DNA of 32,000 nt, from assembly GCF_000020025.1 (NCBI RefSeq), contig NC_010628.1:3060001-3092000 (forward strand), read 5' to 3'. The translations under genes and the position numbers were made by a program. How positions within the stretch are numbered: the stretch's first letter is position 1; each line of letters begins with the position of its first letter. Below are positions 26,796 to 32,000 of this stretch, one piece after another. Source of the DNA: Nostoc punctiforme PCC 73102 (GTDB taxonomy: Bacteria > Cyanobacteriota > Cyanobacteriia > Cyanobacteriales > Nostocaceae). Under the pieces are notes generated by a model that made no database searches, was not told the origin of the DNA, and saw only the letters and a program-made list of their open reading frames with translations.

Positions 26796-28325
26796 TTAAA
26801 GGGCTTCTTTCCGGCGGGTTGACTTGTCACCCACTTTCTGGAACAGACCCCACTCAACTTGCTCTTCTAGATCCGCATCAACACCAGCAAATACGTCTCG
26901 GTAGATTGTCCGAGCGCCATGCCAGAGATGACCAAAGAAGAACAGCAGAGCAAATACAGCGTGTCCAAAGGTAAACCAACCTCTAGGACTAGTGCGGAAT
27001 ACACCATCAGAGTTCAAGGTTTCTCGGTCAAATTCAAAGATTTCGCCACCTTGAGCTTTACGGGCATACTTCTTCACATCGGCTGGTTCTGTAAAGGTTT
27101 TACCATTCAGATCGCCACCATAGAAGCTGACGGTGACACCAGATTGCTCGAAGCTATACTTAGATTCTGCCCGACGGAAGGGGATGTCAGCGCGGACAAT
27201 TCCATCAGCATCGGTCAAAATCACTGGGAAGGTTTCAAAGAAGTTAGGGAGACGACGCACGGTCAATTCCCGTCCTTCGGAATCTTTGAATACAGCGTGA
27301 CCTTGCCAAGATTGGGCAATGCCATCACCCTTCACCATTGGCCCTGTACGGAATAGACCGCCTTTAGCGGGGCTATTACCGACGTAATCATAAAAAGCCA
27401 GCTTTTCAGGAATCTGCGACCAAGCTTGGTCAAGGGTTGCACCTTGAGCAACGTCAGTTTGGACGCGGCGCTGAATTTCTTGACGGAAGTAGCTTTGATC
27501 CCATTGGTAACGGGTAGGGCCAAACAATTCGATGGGAGTGGCAGCGTTTCCGTACCACATAGTACCGGCAACAACGAAAGCAGCAAAGAAAACTGCTGCA
27601 ATACTGCTAGAAAGTACTGTTTCAATGTTCCCCATCCGTAGGGCTTTATAGAGCCGTTCTGGGGGTCTAACTGTGAGGTGGAATAAGCCTGCAATAATAC
27701 CAACAACACCAGCAGCAATGTGGTGAGCCGCAATGCCACCAGGGTTATATGGGTTAAAACCATCTGGGCCCCATTCCGGTGCTACTCCCTGGGCAGCCCC
27801 AGTTATACCATAAGCGTCAGAAACCCATATCCCCGGTCCAAATAGTCCGGTGACATGAAAAGCACCAAAGCCAAAACAAAGTAGACCAGATAAGAACAGG
27901 TGAATGCCAAACATTTTTGGCAAGTCTAGAGCAGGTTCACCAGTGCGGGGATCTCTAAAGAGTTCCAAATCCCAGTAAACCCAGTGCCATACGGCAGCTA
28001 GGAATAAAAGACCGGAAAGAACAATGTGAGCCGCAGCAACGCCTTCAAATGACCAAAAGCCAGGATCGGTTGCTGGACCACCAGTAACGTTCCAACCACC
28101 CCAAGATTGGGTAACGCCCAAACGCGACATGAAGGGTAGGACGAACATCCCTTGCCGCCACATCGGATTTAGAACCGGATCGCTAGGGTCAAAAACAGCC
28201 AGTTCGTAGAGTGCCATCGAACCAGCCCAGCCTGCTACTAAGGCTGTGTGCATCAGGTGTACAGAAATCAGTCGCCCTGGATCATTCAGAACGACTGTAT
28301 GTACTCGGTACCAGGGTAGTCCCAT
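26796..28325 (-). CDS. psbB: Photosystem II CP47 chlorophyll apoprotein
   Basis: The 509-aa product starts [44 protein letters not shown] strong SD GAGGAGGAG (28334-28342, minus) lies 8 nt upstream of the ATG. Confidence 0.98.
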   Translation of the reverse strand: MGLPWYRVHTVVLNDPGRLISVHLMHTALVAGWAGSMALYELAVFDPSDPVLNPMWRQGMFVLPFMSRLGVTQSWGGWNVTGGPATDPGFWSFEGVAAAHIVLSGLLFLAAVWHWVYWDLELFRDPRTGEPALDLPKMFGIHLFLSGLLCFGFGAFHVTGLFGPGIWVSDAYGITGAAQGVAPEWGPDGFNPYNPGGIAAHHIAAGVVGIIAGLFHLTVRPPERLYKALRMGNIETVLSSSIAAVFFAAFVVAGTMWYGNAATPIELFGPTRYQWDQSYFRQEIQRRVQTDVAQGATLDQAWSQIPEKLAFYDYVGNSPAKGGLFRTGPMVKGDGIAQSWQGHAVFKDSEGRELTVRRLPNFFETFPVILTDADGIVRADIPFRRAESKYSFEQSGVTVSFYGGDLNGKTFTEPADVKKYARKAQGGEIFEFDRETLNSDGVFRTSPRGWFTFGHAVFALLFFFGHLWHGARTIYRDVFAGVDADLEEQVEWGLFQKVGDKSTRRKEAL

Positions 28326-28684
28326 CGACTACGCTCCTCCTCGATGAGTTAGTTTACAAAGCAATTTTCTTACTGAGATTCTAAGGAACGAAATTCGCCA
28401 CTCAGAAAACTCTCTCTTGTTTTTTGTTATTGCCAGAGCCAGAGTACTACCACAGTTAGTCTTATAAGTCAGACAGGGTGGGTGCTTTGGCAATGCTTAC
28501 TCGCTTCGGGAGGTTTACCTTGTAGGGTAGCCACCGCCAAGCAAAAAATGAGAATGTTTTAAAAAGTGTAACTATTGATGGAATTGTTTGCAAGCGTGTA
28601 AATTGATGCGATCGCGTAGCATCTCAAAGTTTTTTCGCTACCAATCCCTCTTGGAGATTAAATTTACTTATCTTTAACTTTTAT

Positions 28685-28797
28685 GAGGGGGGCAGGGAGA
28701 AGAGGAGCAGGGGGCACGGAGAACGGGGACAAGGGAGAATTATTGAACAAGTCTCCCCCCTCTTCGTTGTCTCCCTTGTCTCCCTTGACCCTTCTTC
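28685..28797. repeat. Purine-rich arm / pyrimidine-rich arm imperfect palindrome upstream of psbB
   Basis: gaggggggcagggagaagaggagcagggggcacggagaacggggacaagggaga faces gtctcccccctcttcgttgtctcccttgtctcccttgaccc. Several alternative pairings are possible (e.g. gggaga 28733-38 with tctccc 28753-58). Confidence 0.7.
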
Positions 28798-28802
28798 ATG
28801 CA

Positions 28803-28830
28803 CAATGCCCAATGCCCAATGCCTAATGCC
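28803..28830. repeat. STRR-type heptamer array CAATGCC x4
   Basis: caatgcc caatgcc caatgcc taatgcc ends 4 nt before the stop codon (28835-28837) of the 108-aa minus-strand ORF. Confidence 0.9.
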
Positions 28831-28834
28831 GATC

Positions 28835-29161
28835 CTACTGAACCACCAAATGGATATTTTGCAGTTGACACTTCGCCTCAGCTGTGTTCAAGCGTTCAAT
28901 TACCTGTTCAGCACTCATCAAACGCTTGAGTACTACTTGACCTATGGTAGTACCTGCTGTGACTGGTATTGTCGGCTTCACTTCCACGGTTAAAATGGCT
29001 TCTTCAACTTGATAAAGCCATAGCAATTCGTTTTGTTCCACTAAACAAACATTCATTCGCTGAATATCTGGTTGCCGTCGCCATGCAGTTACTTGCCAGA
29101 GTCCATCAGATGCCCAGACTCTAGCAACTGCCCATCCTTCAGATAGAAAGAAATACTTCAC
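28835..29161 (-). CDS. Hypothetical 108-aa protein (GTG start)
   Basis: This is the only long ORF in the interval, and its base composition looks like the host genes rather than the adjacent AT-rich islet. I recognise no motif in it (MKYFFLSEGWAVARVWASDGLWQVTAWRR..). Confidence 0.45.
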   Translation of the reverse strand: MKYFFLSEGWAVARVWASDGLWQVTAWRRQPDIQRMNVCLVEQNELLWLYQVEEAILTVEVKPTIPVTAGTTIGQVVLKRLMSAEQVIERLNTAEAKCQLQNIHLVVQ

Positions 29162-29458
29162 GCTCTTAGTCTCACTATTAAACTTTCAATCTGCTGCTTA
29201 CGATTACGATATCGTATATTATTTGTTAATTATGTATAACTAATAATAATTTAAATTAAAGCTATTTCAATTATTGTTGCTCAATTTTAATAAAAATAAA
29301 TCTTCTTTGTATTGGATGTAGCTCAGTACAAAGAATAACAGGATTGTATATCTAATATTGAGCTAATATTTGTATTTTGTTATTAACTTTACAATAAATT
29401 TTATGTATGCTTTGGATACGAAATACCGAACATAATTTTAGGAATATAGTAGGTAACT

Positions 29459-30313
29459 ATGAACAAACCGATAAACTCACCATTTAGATATCCTGGCGGC
29501 AAATTTTATGCTCGCAATTTGATTCTTAATCATATTCCTTCTCACTCTTATTATGTTGAACCTTTTGCGGGGGGTGGTTCTATTTTTTTTGTAAAAGATA
29601 AAGTAAATATTAATTGGCTCAATGATATTGATGAATTATTAATAAATACCTTATTAATAATTAGAGATCAACCAGAAGAATTAATCAAATTTTTAGCAGG
29701 GGAATCTGCTACGAAAGAAAGACATACATATTATAAAAATGAATTCATTCCACAAAATCAATTAGAACAAGCTGGTAGATGGTTTTACCTTAACAGAACT
29801 TCCTACTCTGGGATTATGAAGCATCAAAACTGTTATTGGGGATATGGTGACAAATATAGTATGCGTCCAGAGAATTGGCCCAGAAACATACGTAGAACTT
29901 CTGATAAACTTCAAAACGTTCAAATTACTAATCTCGATTTTGAAGAAGTTATCGAATCTGTACCTAATGGATCTTTTTTATTCATTGACCCTCCTTATTT
30001 CAATGCAGATCAAGATAAACTTTATGCTCATTCATTTTCTAAAGACGATCATTTCAGGCTATGTCAAATATTAAATAGATACAAGGGAAAAATAAAGTTT
30101 CTTCTAACTTACGATAATAACGACACAATTAGAAATCTATATGAATGGGCATTGGAAATACACGACAAAGAATGGAATTATACAATTAGTAGAAGTGACG
30201 ATCAAAAAAATGGGGAAAGTAAGCAAGATAACTTTAAAGGCGAACGATATAAGGGGAAAGAAATTTTTATATTAAACTACTCTTCTCTTGAATCTACTTC
30301 TCTCAATTCGTAA
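29459..30313 (+). CDS. Dam-class (D12, alpha-type) N6-adenine DNA methyltransferase, solitary
   Basis: The N-terminal FRYPGGK, the motif I EPFAGGGSIFF and the motif IV IDPPYF occur in the alpha order I..IV. AGGT lies 4 nt upstream of the ATG. Confidence 0.85.
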   Translation: MNKPINSPFRYPGGKFYARNLILNHIPSHSYYVEPFAGGGSIFFVKDKVNINWLNDIDELLINTLLIIRDQPEELIKFLAGESATKERHTYYKNEFIPQNQLEQAGRWFYLNRTSYSGIMKHQNCYWGYGDKYSMRPENWPRNIRRTSDKLQNVQITNLDFEEVIESVPNGSFLFIDPPYFNADQDKLYAHSFSKDDHFRLCQILNRYKGKIKFLLTYDNNDTIRNLYEWALEIHDKEWNYTISRSDDQKNGESKQDNFKGERYKGKEIFILNYSSLESTSLNS

Positions 30314-30538
30314 CAGTTAATTTAAAAGTTTAAATTATTATGATGAGGTAAAGTTCTGCATATTATAGTAAGCATTTAATTATTTTTACTTAATCAACCT
30401 GAATACACATAAATTTATCTATTCGAGCAAAATCCTTTATAAAAAGTATCTAAAGTAGTAATTAATTGTAAAGTTTTCTATAAAACTAGCAAATGTATAG
30501 TACAATCACTGACTTCTGATTACATAAAATTTAACTGT

Positions 30539-32000
30539 ATGACCTGGTTTTCCTTGTCCGTGCAACGGTGGGGTCGGATTACACAATTCCTATCTTTGTT
30601 CTGTCTATGCTTATTTTTAGTTGTTAGTTGCGCTCCTCGTCCACAGCCTTCTACGCCACCATCGGGTTCTGTAAGTAGCCCTACAGGTGATGGTCGTATT
30701 ACTATAGGTACAACAGCAAAGCCGAGAACCCTTGATCCAGCTGATGCTTATGAGTTAGCATCCTTGGGTTTGGTGTTTAATATGAGCGATCGCCTCTACA
30801 CCTACGAACCAGGAAGTACGGAAATTAAGCCACAGCTAGCAACAGCATTACCTAAAGTCAGTCAAGATGCCTTAACTTATACCATCCCCTTACGTCAGGG
30901 AGTGGTTTTTCACGATGGGACTCCCTTCAACGCCGAAGCAATGGCGTTTACCATCAACCGCTTTATTCAAAATAAAGGAAAACCCTCATTCTTGCTAGCT
31001 GATGTAGTAGATTCGGTAAAAAGTACAAGTGAGTATGAGTTAACCATTAAGCTGAAAAAGCCCTTTGCAGCCTTTCCTTCACTGCTGGCGTTTCCTGGAG
31101 TCTGTGCGGTTTCGCCAAAAGCTTACGAACTCGGTGCTGGTAAATTTAAGCCGAATATTTTTGTAGGAACTGGCCCTTACAAGTTAGCGCAGTATGGTAC
31201 TGATTCAATAAGATTTGATACGTTTGATAAATATTGGGGAGAAAAACCAGCTAACAAGGGTGTTAACCTCCAAATTCAAACTAGTCCGGTTAATTTGTTT
31301 AATGCTTTCCGTACAGGCGCTGTAGATGTAGCTTATCTATCGCTACAGCCAGATCAAAATCGGAGCTTAGAAGAAGGTGGTAAAAAAGGGGATTGGCAAG
31401 CGATCGCAGCTGAAGGTAGTGTAGTAAGCTATCTGGTATTGAACCGGAATCAAAAGCCTTTAGATAAATTAGAAGTCAGACAAGCGATCGCGTCAATAAT
31501 TGACCGTCCACTCTTAAATGAGCGGGCCTTACTTGGTCAAGCAGATCCGCTATATAGCATGATTCCCACAACATTTAAAGTTTCTGTACCATTATTCAAA
31601 GATGCTTATGGCGATGCTAACTTCGACCAAGCTAAAAAATTGTTAACTACTGCTGGTTTCTCCAAAGAAAATCCGGCAAAAGTCCAAATTTGGTATCCTT
31701 CTAGTTCGCCTACTCGTAGTTTGGCAGCACAGACGCTCAAATCTCTTGTAGATGCCAAAATGGATGGAATACTGCAATTTGAAGTTACCCCTGCTGAGGG
31801 CCCGACATTTTTTAAAGACATTGCCAAAGGATTATATCCAGGAGCTTTACTTGATTGGTATCCAGACTTTTTAGATCCAGATAATTACGTCCAGCCGTTT
31901 TTGTCTTGTGACAAAGGTTCAGTTGCTAAAGGATGTGAAGATGGAGGCAGTCAAACTCAGGGTTCGTTCTACTATAACGAAGCGATGAATAAACTGATCG
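30539..32000 (+). CDS. ABC transporter substrate-binding lipoprotein, family 5 (peptide/nickel type), 3'-truncated by window
   Basis: My own translation is open from the ATG at 30539 to the window end, with an in-frame stop upstream at 30440. The gene is not in the ORF track. It has a signal peptide with lipobox LFLVVSC. The motifs TLDPADAY..LYTYEPGSTEIKPQLA..YTIPLRQGVVFHDGTPFNAEA are typical of the family. Confidence 0.85.
   Translation, partial: MTWFSLSVQRWGRITQFLSLFCLCLFLVVSCAPRPQPSTPPSGSVSSPTGDGRITIGTTAKPRTLDPADAYELASLGLVFNMSDRLYTYEPGSTEIKPQLATALPKVSQDALTYTIPLRQGVVFHDGTPFNAEAMAFTINRFIQNKGKPSFLLADVVDSVKSTSEYELTIKLKKPFAAFPSLLAFPGVCAVSPKAYELGAGKFKPNIFVGTGPYKLAQYGTDSIRFDTFDKYWGEKPANKGVNLQIQTSPVNLFNAFRTGAVDVAYLSLQPDQNRSLEEGGKKGDWQAIAAEGSVVSYLVLNRNQKPLDKLEVRQAIASIIDRPLLNERALLGQADPLYSMIPTTFKVSVPLFKDAYGDANFDQAKKLLTTAGFSKENPAKVQIWYPSSSPTRSLAAQTLKSLVDAKMDGILQFEVTPAEGPTFFKDIAKGLYPGALLDWYPDFLDPDNYVQPFLSCDKGSVAKGCEDGGSQTQGSFYYNEAMNKLI

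Noticed and set aside
26919-27763. Three ORFs inside or opposite psbB (26919-27356 +, 27332-27763 - off-frame, 27426-27641 +)
   Set aside because: psbB is unambiguous, so these are frame shadows.
2289-28830. Whether the heptamer arrays (2289-2372, 3028-3054, 26721-26795, 28803-28830) could be CRISPR or minisatellite loci
   Set aside because: The units are 7 nt with no spacers, so they are classic STRR-type short tandem repeats. No cas genes are present.
28805-28993. 62-aa plus-strand ORF starting in the CAATGCC heptamer array
   Set aside because: It begins inside a repeat and is antisense to the 108-aa ORF, with no SD.
29303-29335. Hairpin ttctttgta-N15-tacaaagaa whose loop (ttggatgtagctcag) resembles the 5' acceptor/D-arm start of a tRNA; considered as a tRNA remnant or att site marking the methyltransferase islet
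   Set aside because: The similarity stops after ~14 nt: there is no closing D-stem, anticodon arm or T-loop. Integrases usually duplicate tRNA 3' ends, not 5' ends. It may just be a small hairpin in AT-rich DNA.
29844-30074. 76-aa off-frame ORF within the methyltransferase gene, and 31606-31827 antisense to the SBP gene
   Set aside because: Both are nested in better-supported CDSs. AT-rich sequence readily yields short open frames.

Overview
This is a chromosomal window from a filamentous Nostoc/Anabaena-like cyanobacterium. That origin is inferred from frequent HIP1 GCGATCGC octamers (e.g. 1391-1398, 2157-2164), several STRR-type 7-nt tandem arrays, and psbB-psbT/rpsA housekeeping genes. 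nt 1-17661 holds four co-directional NRPS genes with the domain string [..A-T-E] / [C-A-T] / [C-A-T-C-A(MT)-T] / [C-A-T-TE]. A downstream HMGL-family HphA-like synthase (17745-18923) and an ABCD/SbmA-type ABC permease-ATPase (19129-21156) follow. Together this matches the published architecture of anabaenopeptin (apt/apn) synthetases, modules 2-6; module 1 lies upstream of the window. After the cluster come: an AT-rich pair of uncharacterised genes (a helical protein with a C-terminal GUN4-like domain, and a 142-aa ORF); a Uma2/DUF820 nuclease; a HAD hydrolase; ribosomal protein S1 with a repetitive acidic tail; psbB plus a 35-codon psbT missing from the ORF track; a 108-aa orphan ORF; a very AT-rich islet with a solitary Dam-class adenine methyltransferase; and the 5' part of a family-5 ABC substrate-binding lipoprotein. 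I found no tRNA/rRNA, CRISPR array, transposase or integrase. I did not find a convincing new multi-gene system. The most unusual items are: a mosaic NRPS module 6 (its C domain resembles module 5, its A domain module 4); an in-frame heptamer array inside aptB; a Gly-type specificity code in the N-methylating module; a LuxR/GerE-like tail on the ABC transporter; the helical-GUN4 fusion gene; and the orphan methyltransferase islet. All domain calls come from reading motifs by eye; no database search was possible.
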